A stretch of DNA of 27,035 nucleotides, taken from the NCBI GenBank assembly GCA_042217585.1, contig JBDGSJ010000025.1, positions 1 through 27,035 on the forward strand, given 5' to 3'. Made by a program: the position numbers and the translations under genes. This DNA is from Candidatus Nanohaloarchaea archaeon (GTDB taxonomy: Archaea; Nanohalarchaeota; Nanosalinia; Nanosalinales; Nanosalinaceae). A model generated the notes under the pieces. The model searched no databases, had not been told where the DNA came from, and saw nothing but the letters and a program-made list of their open reading frames with translations. This document shows positions 17,717 through 26,209 of this stretch, piece by piece. Every line of letters begins with the position of its first letter. Positions within the stretch are counted from its first letter, which is position 1.

Positions 17717-18174
17717 CCCTTATCTTCCCTGGACTTAAGTGCGGAGCTCAGTTCCCGGGCGCGGCCCTTCGGTATCCTCGAGGAGATAAGCTCGTCCTTG
17801 TAGAGCCCGCACCCGACGACCCTGCCGCGGTACATCAGCGCCACGTAGCCTTTCTCTTCCCTCCGTCTCTCGACCATCCCTCCCTCCAGCAGGGTCAGCA
17901 TCTCCTCCCGGTCCAGCCGGACCCTGTTCCTCTCGATCCTCCCGTCCAGCAGCTGTAACGCGTAGGTCGTGGGTTTCAGACCTATATCTGTGAACCTGAC
18001 GCATCTTATACCATGTGTCTCTGCCTCTTCAGGTCCGTCAGGGGCGGTCAGCCATGCATCGCCCGAGACCTTCTCGAGTTCCAGCGGCGCAAGTTCCTCT
18101 CTCCGGACGCCGAACCGGTCCTCCAGGTAGCTGTATGCTCGTTCAAGCTCTGAACTTTGCGACAAATATACCAC
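17710..18174 (-). CDS. PUA-like / RsmF C-terminal (NIP7-like) RNA-binding protein
   Basis: YLEDRFG N-terminus, KPTTYALQLL, GYVALMYRGRVVGCG and SRIPKGR; overlaps the end of the m5C methyltransferase gene. Start codon uncertain. Confidence 0.7.
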   Translation of the reverse strand: MVYLSQSSELERAYSYLEDRFGVRREELAPLELEKVSGDAWLTAPDGPEEAETHGIRCVRFTDIGLKPTTYALQLLDGRIERNRVRLDREEMLTLLEGGMVERRREEKGYVALMYRGRVVGCGLYKDELISSRIPKGRARELSSALKSREDKGL

Positions 18175-19018
18175 CTGACCTCATCTGGTGCGGGTAGACC
18201 CTGACGGTTTTGAGCATCTCCTCGCCGTAGGTCGAACCGTCGAACTCCCGGACCCCTCTCGAGTGTTCGACCCCTGTCTCTATCTCCTCGAGCTCCATCC
18301 CGGTCTCCTCCAGGGCCCTGAGGACCACTTCCTCGTTCTCCTCGGGGGCAAAGGTGCAGGTCGAGTAGACCACCGTGCCCGAATCCCTGACGAGGTCCGC
18401 TGCCCGCTCCAGGAGCTGGTACTGTAGCTCGGGGAGGCTCTCCCTCTCGTGTTGGTCAGAGGACTCGAAGGTCCTTCTCGCGTTGTTGCCCTCCCCGCTG
18501 CACGGCGCATCCACCAGGACCCTGTCGAACTTTCCACTGCCGGGTATCTGCCTTCCGTCCCTGTTGGTGGCGGTGACGCAGGCGGAGCCGGTCCTGTACA
18601 CGTTCGAGTGAAGGCTCTTCATCCTCCTTGCGTTGTCGTCGTTCGCGACCACGAGTCCTTCGTTCTCTATCTCCGCGGCTATCTGCGTCGTTTTTCCGCC
18701 CGGAGCGGCGCACATGTCCAGTATTTTTTCTCCCTTCCCGGGCGAAAGGACCTCCACGGGCAGTGAGGCGGATTCCTCCTGGACGTAGTACTCCCCCCGC
18801 CAGTACAGGAGTGATTTACCTGGTTTCTTCTCTCCCGGGAGCCTGAACACATCAGGGTTCCAGTCTGCCTGTTCAACGTCCTCGAACCAGCCCCTGAGTT
18901 CATCCTCGAAACCTTCTCCGGCCTTCAGTGGATTCCTGCGGACCGCTGTAAGCGGCTCTCTCCGGCATTCTTCCCTGAAGCCGTCCCAGTCGTCGATTAT
19001 CTCGCGGTATCTCTCCAC
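18143..19018 (-). CDS. RsmB/NOP2-family RNA m5C methyltransferase
   Basis: YYVQEESAS, LDMCAAPGGKT, VLVDAPCSGEG and YSTCTFAPEENE motifs, with both catalytic cysteines present. Confidence 0.95.
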   Translation of the reverse strand: MERYREIIDDWDGFREECRREPLTAVRRNPLKAGEGFEDELRGWFEDVEQADWNPDVFRLPGEKKPGKSLLYWRGEYYVQEESASLPVEVLSPGKGEKILDMCAAPGGKTTQIAAEIENEGLVVANDDNARRMKSLHSNVYRTGSACVTATNRDGRQIPGSGKFDRVLVDAPCSGEGNNARRTFESSDQHERESLPELQYQLLERAADLVRDSGTVVYSTCTFAPEENEEVVLRALEETGMELEEIETGVEHSRGVREFDGSTYGEEMLKTVRVYPHQMRSGGIFVAKFRA

Positions 19019-19057
19019 AGCGAGAAGATATCTTGAAAGCTTAAAGTAGAGAGGGGT

Positions 19058-19624
19058 TCAGAGTTCGTCAAGCCTTGTCTGACCGGTCTCCCTCTTCCCG
19101 AACGCCTTCCTGAGGTCCTCCTCCAGTTCAGGGCCTTTGCTTCGGTCGTAAAGCGTGGCCGCGGGATGGTAAACCGGCATTATCTTCCTCCCGTTCCGCT
19201 GGAAAAGTTCGCCGTGGACCGACGTTATCCCCTGGGAACTGTCCAGCAGTTCACGGGTGGCGAAGTTACCGAGAGTCAGTATCTTTTCGGGGTCCACCTC
19301 CTCGATCTCGGCAAGGAGGACAGGTTTCCAGGCCTCAATCTCCTCCTGTTTAGGGTCCCTGTTGTCCGGCGGCCTGACCTTCACCAGGTTGGTGATGTAT
19401 ATCTCGGACCTCTCCACGCCTATATCCTCCAGTATCTCGTCCAGCCGGTCCCCGGCTCTCCCGACGAAAGGCTCTCCCTTTTGGACCTCGTTCTCACCGG
19501 GCGCCTCTCCGACCATCATTATCTCCGCGTCCGGCGGTCCGACAGCCGGGACAAACCTCTTCTCAGGGAACTGGTTCTCAGGGACCTCCTCAAGAGCATC
19601 GTGGAATCTTTCACTGAAATCCAT
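19058..19624 (-). CDS. udg: Uracil-DNA glycosylase, family 4
   Basis: VGEAPG, PFVGRAG, TNLVKVRPPDNRDP and YHPAA motifs. Confidence 0.92.
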   Translation of the reverse strand: MDFSERFHDALEEVPENQFPEKRFVPAVGPPDAEIMMVGEAPGENEVQKGEPFVGRAGDRLDEILEDIGVERSEIYITNLVKVRPPDNRDPKQEEIEAWKPVLLAEIEEVDPEKILTLGNFATRELLDSSQGITSVHGELFQRNGRKIMPVYHPAATLYDRSKGPELEEDLRKAFGKRETGQTRLDEL

Positions 19625-19743
19625 GACCCTGGTTTGACTCCGCAGTTTTACAATCCTGTTCCCCGTAAACCCCGGAATTTATTTAGGTCCGACCCGGTCT
19701 CTCATGTGTGACAGGAAGGCTCCCTGTTTTTGGAAACCAGAAG

Positions 19744-19941
19744 ATGGCGAGGATCAAGGCGCTGGGTTTTCTGGCGGTCACGATATTCACCATAGGCCTG
19801 GTGACCGACAGCTTCGGCACAAGGATAGGCTGGCTCTACCTGGCGACGGTTCTCAGCCTGTTCGGCATCATAACCTTCAGCCTGACTCACAGGAAGTTCA
19901 TACAGCCCTCTTCTCGATCTGACGAAACACAGCAGAACTGA
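19744..19941 (+). CDS. Small two-TM membrane protein
   Basis: MARIKALGFLAVTIFTIGLV...WLYLATVLSLFGIITFSL. An alternative GTG start is at 19708. Confidence 0.6.
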   Translation: MARIKALGFLAVTIFTIGLVTDSFGTRIGWLYLATVLSLFGIITFSLTHRKFIQPSSRSDETQQN

Positions 19942-20136
19942 CCGAGTAAAGAATCCTCAGTCCGGCGACCACGACAGATGCGTAGAGTGCCGCCGCGGCA
20001 CGGCCGGGACCTGCTGTCAGGTTTCGGTCCTTCAGGAAGACGAGGGCGTGCTTGACCGCCGACATAGGTACGATGCGGGCTTCAACTGATTTAAATCAGG
20101 ACCCGGATTTATCAGTTCAGGGAACCATCGTTAGGT

Positions 20137-20298
20137 ATGGCTCTTATACTGGCCACGGCCTTTATCTGGGTGGTGATCCTCTCTGTCAGCGTTGCGATAC
20201 TGATGGACCGTCCGTTCCTCCTGATGACCATCTTCCTCCTGGTGGGATCCATAGGTTTCGCGTACCTGAAGAGGCGTCCGGCGGCAAAAACATTTTAG
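20137..20298 (+). CDS. Small two-TM membrane protein (53 aa, not in the ORF track)
   Basis: Manual translation gives MALILATAFIWVVILSVSVAILMDRPFLLMTIFLLVGSIGFAYLKRRPAAKTF. TTTATCA lies about 25 nt upstream, and the C-terminal tail is basic. Confidence 0.65.
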   Translation: MALILATAFIWVVILSVSVAILMDRPFLLMTIFLLVGSIGFAYLKRRPAAKTF

Positions 20299-20358
20299 GA
20301 AGCCGTAACAAGGTGTACTCCAGATGATAGAAAAGGCGGTGAAGGGAGGTGCTGAATC

Positions 20359-21300
20359 ATGATGGACCTGCTCTCGGTGCTTGCCGTTGTATCTTCCGTC
20401 TTTATGGGTATCTCCATAGGTGCCTCGAGCGTGGCTCCCGCGTTCGGACCTGTCAACAGTTCCGGGTCAGCCAACGTATTCAGGTCCGCTCTGCTGGCAG
20501 GTTTCTTCGCCCTTGTAGGGGCCGTGGTCCAGGGAGGGAACATATCCAGCACCGTGGGCTCGGACCTGATAACCGGGGACATGATCCTCCTCCAGTCAGT
20601 CACCATACTGCTTACTGCGGCAGGACTGGTAATATTCAGCGTGCTGACCGATTATCCCATGCCCACTGCCTTCACGGTCGTCGGAGGTGTCGTAGGGAGC
20701 GCCTTCGGTTTCGGGAACATGGTCAACTGGGCTGTCCTGTCAAAAGTGGTGCTCTACTGGCTGATGATACCGTTCGCGGCCACAGGAATAAGCTACGTCA
20801 TCGCACGGCTGCTGAGGAAACACGTTTCCAAGGAGAACTCCGCCAGGAAGCTGAGATACCTGCTACTCGCGATGGGCTCTTACATGGCCTACACCACCGG
20901 AGCCGCGGCAGGTCTCGCGGTCGGACCTCTGAAACCGCTCGGCATCCCGGCCGGGATCTCGCTCTGGCTCGGAGGACTATCGGTGCTGGCAGGGGCGTGG
21001 ATGTACTCGCCCCGGATAATCAGGGCTGTAAGCTTCGACTACTCCAACATCGGTCCGCGAAGGTCCATCGCCGCCCTGGGGACCGCCGCGTTCCTCGCAC
21101 AGATAGGTATCTTCTACGGCATCCCTATCTCGTTCAACGAGGCGATAATCGCCTCCGTCATAGGGTCCGGGATGGCAGGCGAGGGCTCCGGGACGGAGAC
21201 CCGGAAGACGGTCCGGACCGCCTCCGCATGGACCGGCGCTTTCCTGCTTTCGGGGTTCATTACATTCCTCATCGGGACCGCCGTGACTTCAGTTCACTGA
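20359..21300 (+). CDS. Inorganic phosphate transporter (PiT/PHO4) family protein
   Basis: IGASSVAPAFG signature region, PMPTAFTVVGGVVG, GIPISFNEAIIASVIGSG; multiple TM helices. Confidence 0.85.
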   Translation: MMDLLSVLAVVSSVFMGISIGASSVAPAFGPVNSSGSANVFRSALLAGFFALVGAVVQGGNISSTVGSDLITGDMILLQSVTILLTAAGLVIFSVLTDYPMPTAFTVVGGVVGSAFGFGNMVNWAVLSKVVLYWLMIPFAATGISYVIARLLRKHVSKENSARKLRYLLLAMGSYMAYTTGAAAGLAVGPLKPLGIPAGISLWLGGLSVLAGAWMYSPRIIRAVSFDYSNIGPRRSIAALGTAAFLAQIGIFYGIPISFNEAIIASVIGSGMAGEGSGTETRKTVRTASAWTGAFLLSGFITFLIGTAVTSVH

Positions 21301-21320
21301 GAAACAGGAGAAAAAAACGG

Positions 21321-21487
21321 ATCCGAGATATGTTGAAGTCCCGGCTCCAGGATTTGAACCCCGACGAAAATCGGAGATTCGAAGATTCTCGATGAATCTT
21401 CTCCAAGAAAATCCTTCGCAGGATTTTCGTTTTCTGGAGGCTATCAAATCCGAGATATGTTGAAGTCCCGGCTCCAGGATTTGAACC
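21321..21487. repeat. Exact 40-bp direct repeat (21321-21360 and 21448-21487) of the tRNA-Tyr 3' end plus trailer, with an 87-bp palindromic spacer
   Basis: atccgagatatgttgaagtcccggctccaggatttgaacc occurs twice. Spacer hairpins: gaagattc/gaatcttc, gaaaatcct/aggattttc and ccga/tcgg. Confidence 0.95.
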
Positions 21488-21539
21488 TGGGACAAGTCGA
21501 TCTACAGTCGACCGCTCTGCCAGCCTGAGCTAAGCCGGG
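21466..21539 (-). tRNA. tRNA-Tyr(GTA), intronless
   Basis: CCCGGCT/AGCCGGG acceptor (C1-G72, A73), anticodon arm GTCGA-CT-GTA-GA-TCGAC, T-arm CCAGG-TTCAAAT-CCTGG. Confidence 0.97.
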
Positions 21540-21603
21540 TCTTTTTGACTCTGGAGGCTTAGCCAGATAAGAAGCGTCAGCTTCGCACTGAGCTAAGCCA
21601 GGT
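21525..21603. repeat. 16-bp direct repeat (1 mismatch) of the tRNA-Tyr 5' end (21525-21540 and 21588-21603) with a 47-bp spacer
   Basis: ctgagctaagccgggt versus ctgagctaagccaggt. The spacer contains an inverted copy (ggcttagc) and a gaagc/gcttc hairpin. Confidence 0.85.
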
Positions 21604-21645
21604 TCCGGAAACAGGAAAGATTGGGTCATGTAAGCTTTAATAGGG

Positions 21646-23013
21646 TTACTCTGCCCTGAACTCGGTCCGTGGTTCTCCGGTCCTCTTTCTCGTCTCTCCC
21701 TCGATCTCGAGTTCCGCCGCGGGCAGCGTGGCCTCGCCCTCGACCGATACCTTGGGCTCTATCACGTACTGGAATATCCTCTGCTCGCCCGGCTTCAGGT
21801 CCTCTATATCCCATGTGAGCTTTGTGCCATCGGAAGTCTTCCTTATCAGTGGTTCTGCCATCTCGAACTCTTCGGAGACGGCCGCGATGTCTGAAACGAA
21901 GTCGTGGACCGACATCTGCTCTATCTTCGACCCTTTCCTGTTCGCTATCTCCAGTGAGACCTTTATGCGGTCCTCCTCGATCGATTCAGTTCGCTTGACG
22001 AACCTTATCTGGTTCGTGAGCCGCCTGATCGCCAGTATCCCCGCAAGTATCACCAGGGCCACGAGCGTCGGCATCCAGTAGTTGATGGTGTAGGAGACCC
22101 TGACGGTCTCCCCCGGTTCGACGCTGCCGAAGTTCCAGTAGTATTTCTTCACACCATCCCGGCTGATGACCTGGTCCGGGTCCTCGCTGAAAGTCGTTAT
22201 CGGAGCCAGGTAGGACGGGACGGAAGCCTCAAGCTGGACCGTGTCCTGGCTGTTGCCTGTGTTAGTTCCCCTGAGAATTCCTGTGTAGAGAAGCAACCTG
22301 TTCCTTACGTTCGAACTCTTGTTGATCCCGCGGACACTTTCGACGTGTACCGTCTCGTTCACTGTCGTGAACAGTTCTCCGAACCTGTAGACACTGATCC
22401 TGACCTTACGGGGGCCCGGGGAAACTTCCTCCGGGACCTCAAAGTTGAACTCGAGTGTCCTCTCGCCACCTCGTATTATCGGCGAGCTCGTGTCGTTGAG
22501 CTCCTTACCCATGAAGGTGGCCTCTGCCCTGTATTCCCTCAGTGTACCGGGAGCCAGGTTCCGGACCTTCACCGAAACCTTGAATGCCTCCCCAGGCCTC
22601 ACGTATGGTCTGTTAACGGATGTCGAGTAGACCTGGAAGCTTACTTCACGGTCCACCCGAAAGCTCCCGTGGTACCTCTGGTAGCTGTCGGAGCCTATGT
22701 AGTGGGTCGAGACCGTGAAACCGTAGTTACCGCTCAGAGCATCAGCCGACGGGTTCACGGATATGTTTATGGACCGGGTCTCTCCCGGTTCTATCTCCTC
22801 TGCTCCCTCCACGTAATACCATCCGGGCTGTGTGCTCTTGATGATCTGAGCCCGGAACGTCTCCGTCTCTGAAAGATTGTTCGTTATCCTGAGATGGAAG
22901 ACTGCCGGATTGCCGGGACTGGCCGAATCCTTCACCGTCACGAGTTGTGCCGGGAATGAGAAGGCGGCCGGCACCATAGAGAGCGCGATAGCGAGCAGAA
23001 GGACCTTCCTCAT
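21646..23013 (-). CDS. Exported, membrane-anchored protein with Ig-like (DUF11/CARDB-like) domains
   Basis: Signal peptide MRKVLLLAIALSMVPAAFS, repeated beta-rich units (e.g. PGETRSINISV, WNFGSVEPGETVRVSY, WDIEDLKPGEQR) and an internal TM helix. Confidence 0.8.
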   Translation of the reverse strand: MRKVLLLAIALSMVPAAFSFPAQLVTVKDSASPGNPAVFHLRITNNLSETETFRAQIIKSTQPGWYYVEGAEEIEPGETRSINISVNPSADALSGNYGFTVSTHYIGSDSYQRYHGSFRVDREVSFQVYSTSVNRPYVRPGEAFKVSVKVRNLAPGTLREYRAEATFMGKELNDTSSPIIRGGERTLEFNFEVPEEVSPGPRKVRISVYRFGELFTTVNETVHVESVRGINKSSNVRNRLLLYTGILRGTNTGNSQDTVQLEASVPSYLAPITTFSEDPDQVISRDGVKKYYWNFGSVEPGETVRVSYTINYWMPTLVALVILAGILAIRRLTNQIRFVKRTESIEEDRIKVSLEIANRKGSKIEQMSVHDFVSDIAAVSEEFEMAEPLIRKTSDGTKLTWDIEDLKPGEQRIFQYVIEPKVSVEGEATLPAAELEIEGETRKRTGEPRTEFRAE

Positions 23014-23088
23014 ACTAAAGGCTGGACATCGCTTTTTTATATCGATGTCGATGGCAGACCCGGGCCAGGGGAAGCTGCATAGAATCCT

Positions 23089-23430
23089 CTACTCCACGGA
23101 TTCCTCGAATACCTTGTCGTTGTAGTACGTTGTGACGAATACAAGCCAGGCTGCCACGAAGAAGACAGCAGAGCTTACAAGCTGTCCGTTCTGGACCGAT
23201 GGGATGGTCCCGTGCCTGAGACCTATATTGTTGTAAAGCACGGCAGTGTAACCAGCTATAAGCCACCCCATAAGTATCGAGGGAGTGTCCCACGCCTTCT
23301 TGAGCTCTCCCTGCCCCAGCATATCCCTCAAATCCCTGGAGAGATGCATACCGTAGGCCAGGACGATAATACCAACCACTATGAGTATGTTCTGGGCGGC
23401 GAACACTGCTTGGATCACGGGCATTGACAT
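23089..23430 (-). CDS. Small three-TM membrane protein
   Basis: Three hydrophobic helices; TTTAAATA TATA box about 30 nt upstream. Confidence 0.75.
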   Translation of the reverse strand: MSMPVIQAVFAAQNILIVVGIIVLAYGMHLSRDLRDMLGQGELKKAWDTPSILMGWLIAGYTAVLYNNIGLRHGTIPSVQNGQLVSSAVFFVAAWLVFVTTYYNDKVFEESVE

Positions 23431-23505
23431 TTCCCCATAGAAGAATTCAGTCGACTTCTATTTAAATTCAATCCATCGGAAGAAAGAATGGAGTAAGAAG
23501 GGAAA

Positions 23506-24504
23506 TCAGTTCTGGAGCTCTATCTCCAGTTCGTCGGCGATCTCCCTGTAGTTCTTCCTGACCGTGACCTCTGTCACGCCGATGACGTCGGCGATCTCGG
23601 TCTGTGTCATGTCACGGTCCCTCAGAGCGGACACTATGTAGAACACTCCGGCGACAACGCTCTTGGGACTTCTCCCTGCGAGCACGCCGTTGTTCCGGGC
23701 GTCCTTGATGATCTGCCGGGCCTCGGCCTGTGCCTCGCCGTTGAACCCGAGTTTCTCTCCGTACCGCGGGATGAAGTGTTCGGGCTTCGCAGGGTCGATG
23801 CTCATGTCCAGCTCCCTGGCGACATACCTGTAGGTCTTCCCGAGCTTCCTCTTGTCGATCGAGGAGGCGGTCGAGACCTCGTCAAGGGTCCTTGGGACCT
23901 GCTGCTTCCTCGATACAAGGTATGCGAGCGCGGCGACCGTCGGCTCGATCCCTCTTCCCTTGATGATCTCCTCTTCACGGGCCTTCTCAGTCAGCCTCGC
24001 GGCCTCCTCGAAGACGGACTCGGGGAGGTCCAGCTGAGATACCAGTCTCTTCAGCTCGGAGAGTGCGGTTTCAAGTGCCCGGCTCTTCGAGTTCTCCCGT
24101 CTGCGGTCCCACTTCTTCATCCTGTAGTACTTGCCTCTCTTGCTGCTGGAGACCTTGTTCAGCTCTCCGCTCTTTCCTATCTTTGTTCCCATCCCGCGGT
24201 CCGACTTGGTGAATGTGATGGGACTACCGGACCGGGATTTCTTCTCCTTCTCCTCGGAGTTGAAGGCCCTCCACTCCTGCGATAGATCTATCTTCGACTC
24301 ATCCACGATGGTGCCGCAGTTCTTGCAGTAAAGCTCACCGTTCGAGCTGTCCCTCACGAACTTGCTTGTCCCGCAACTCGGACATTCGGAGGAGGCTTCC
24401 TCCTCCTTCATCTCGGCTTTCACGGGGATGGTATCATCCCCAGATTCTGATTCCGGGACGACATCGTTTTCGTTTTCGGCTATAGGTTCTTCGAGTTCTG
24501 TCAT
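23506..24504 (-). CDS. tfb: Transcription initiation factor IIB (TFB)
   Basis: CPSC...CKNC zinc ribbon, EWRAF B-reader, two cyclin folds (KGRG, AGRSP, TQTEIADVIGVTEVTVR). Start at ATG 24504 lies downstream of TATAAAA. Confidence 0.95.
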   Translation of the reverse strand: MTELEEPIAENENDVVPESESGDDTIPVKAEMKEEEASSECPSCGTSKFVRDSSNGELYCKNCGTIVDESKIDLSQEWRAFNSEEKEKKSRSGSPITFTKSDRGMGTKIGKSGELNKVSSSKRGKYYRMKKWDRRRENSKSRALETALSELKRLVSQLDLPESVFEEAARLTEKAREEEIIKGRGIEPTVAALAYLVSRKQQVPRTLDEVSTASSIDKRKLGKTYRYVARELDMSIDPAKPEHFIPRYGEKLGFNGEAQAEARQIIKDARNNGVLAGRSPKSVVAGVFYIVSALRDRDMTQTEIADVIGVTEVTVRKNYREIADELEIELQN

Positions 24505-24649
24505 ATTACCGTTATTGGAAAAAAGCCTTTTATATCTTGTTGTGACTATACCATCACACAATTACCTTCCAGGGGTCGATTTTCGCCACTGGACCTCATT
24601 GGGGGAAAATTTTTAGTTATCTTTCGATGGAGAAGAAATCTCCCGGTCC

Positions 24650-26128
24650 TTAATCCTCGGCCAGGGGATTTTCCCTCTCGGACGGCGGAGCCTCAACGCT
24701 GAGATAAGGCCTCTCGTCCATGTATTCGACCAGAGCCGTCTTCCCGACGTAACCGCAGGGGGATTTCTTCAGCTTGATCCACTGGATGCCGTCATCCGCA
24801 AGCCACGTCGTGAGGACCTGATCGCTCATGTCGATGTAGGTATCGGCCAGTTCATCAGGGATGACCCGCGGGTTCATCAGGTAGATAAGACGGTCCTCCT
24901 CTTCGACCATCCCTGACTCGTGGTACGCAAGGCTCCTCGCATTCGAGGGTCCGAGCCTGTGGGCGGCAGCGGAGACGTTCAGCATCAGTTGGACAGGTCT
25001 TTCGCTCCTCTCCGCGGCGGAGTACGCCTTCTTGAGGGCCTCGACCTCTCCGCCTGGGTGGTAGACCCCCTCTGCCTTGGACCAGAGACCGACCATGTCC
25101 ACTACCTCAAGTCTCTCCTCCTCGAAGAGGTCCTCAACGGTGTAATCCGTGGGATTCAGCATCCTGTTCAGGTTATCCCGGTCCATCTCCCGGGTCGGCG
25201 ATATAACGAGCTGGTAACCGTTCTCCACTGCTCTCTGTACGATTATAGAGTAAAACGCCTTCATGTTCGCCTGGCCCCTGCTCTCCAGCACCAGAGGGCT
25301 TCCCTTTATCAGCCCTCCGCCGGTCATACTGTCAAGACCCTCGATACCGATCGGCTCATGGCTGTGGGACTTCAGGGCGGGCGGCTGGGACCTCCTTGAC
25401 GGTCCGACGTCGATGCCGGACCCGTCTATCGACAGGTGGAAGCGCCTCGTGTCGTGGTCCACCCCTCTCATCTTCCTCACGGTTATGAACCTCTGCTCGT
25501 CGCCCTCCACGGTCTCTCTTTCAAGGCTGAGGACTCCGTGGAAGTCGTACTCCAGAACGTCGCCCTCTCCTTCAGAGTACTTTTTCTCGGAGGTAAAGAC
25601 AGAAGTGGCTCCCGCCTCACCGGTGAAGAACTGTATCATTTCAAGGGCTACCCTCCTGAAGTCGGCCGCGGACTCACCTATCAATCGGAACGCGGACATG
25701 CTGTCCACCAGGACACGATCCACGGGGATGTAATCCCTCAGGTACTCCTTGATGTAGTGGGACTCGAACGGGACCGAGACGGTGTCATCCTCACCTCCCA
25801 GCGTTCCCAGCGTAAGTATATCGTCGTCCCCGTCAAGGGTTTCGCCCGGGGTCGCCGCGACAGTCGCGATCTCCAGGTTGTCGTGGTCAAGGTCTATATC
25901 GAACTGCCTGAAAGAATCCCTGAGCTCCTCCTCGGACTGCTCCGTGCTCACCATCAGACAGCTCTCACCCTTCTCAAGTCCCTCCTGAAGGAAGCTCATG
26001 CCCGCGGTCGTCTTGCCAGCCCCCGGGCCTCCGGTCAGTAGGACCGACCTCCGGGAGGGCAGACCTCCTCTCAGGGCTTTGTCAAGTACTTCATCGCCAG
26101 TCGAGACACGTTCCCGGTCCTCAGCCAT
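24650..26128 (-). CDS. KaiC/GvpD/RAD55-family RecA-fold ATPase with two domains
   Basis: STGDEVLD, Walker A GGPGAGKT, EQ, VLVDS Walker B and KMRG in domain 1. Domain 2 starts IGIEGLDSMTGGGL and has a degenerate P-loop. Confidence 0.9.
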   Translation of the reverse strand: MAEDRERVSTGDEVLDKALRGGLPSRRSVLLTGGPGAGKTTAGMSFLQEGLEKGESCLMVSTEQSEEELRDSFRQFDIDLDHDNLEIATVAATPGETLDGDDDILTLGTLGGEDDTVSVPFESHYIKEYLRDYIPVDRVLVDSMSAFRLIGESAADFRRVALEMIQFFTGEAGATSVFTSEKKYSEGEGDVLEYDFHGVLSLERETVEGDEQRFITVRKMRGVDHDTRRFHLSIDGSGIDVGPSRRSQPPALKSHSHEPIGIEGLDSMTGGGLIKGSPLVLESRGQANMKAFYSIIVQRAVENGYQLVISPTREMDRDNLNRMLNPTDYTVEDLFEEERLEVVDMVGLWSKAEGVYHPGGEVEALKKAYSAAERSERPVQLMLNVSAAAHRLGPSNARSLAYHESGMVEEEDRLIYLMNPRVIPDELADTYIDMSDQVLTTWLADDGIQWIKLKKSPCGYVGKTALVEYMDERPYLSVEAPPSERENPLAED

Positions 26129-26209
26129 ATTTTTACAGTTAGAGAGAACTGCGATTTAAAACCAGCGAACCGGAGACAGAGTTAAGTTGAACGAAGAGTA
26201 TCCAGAACC

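Noticed and set aside
21321..21603. CRISPR array or split/permuted tRNA
   Set aside because: Each repeat has only two copies, both derive from tRNA, there are no cas genes, and an intact tRNA-Tyr is present.
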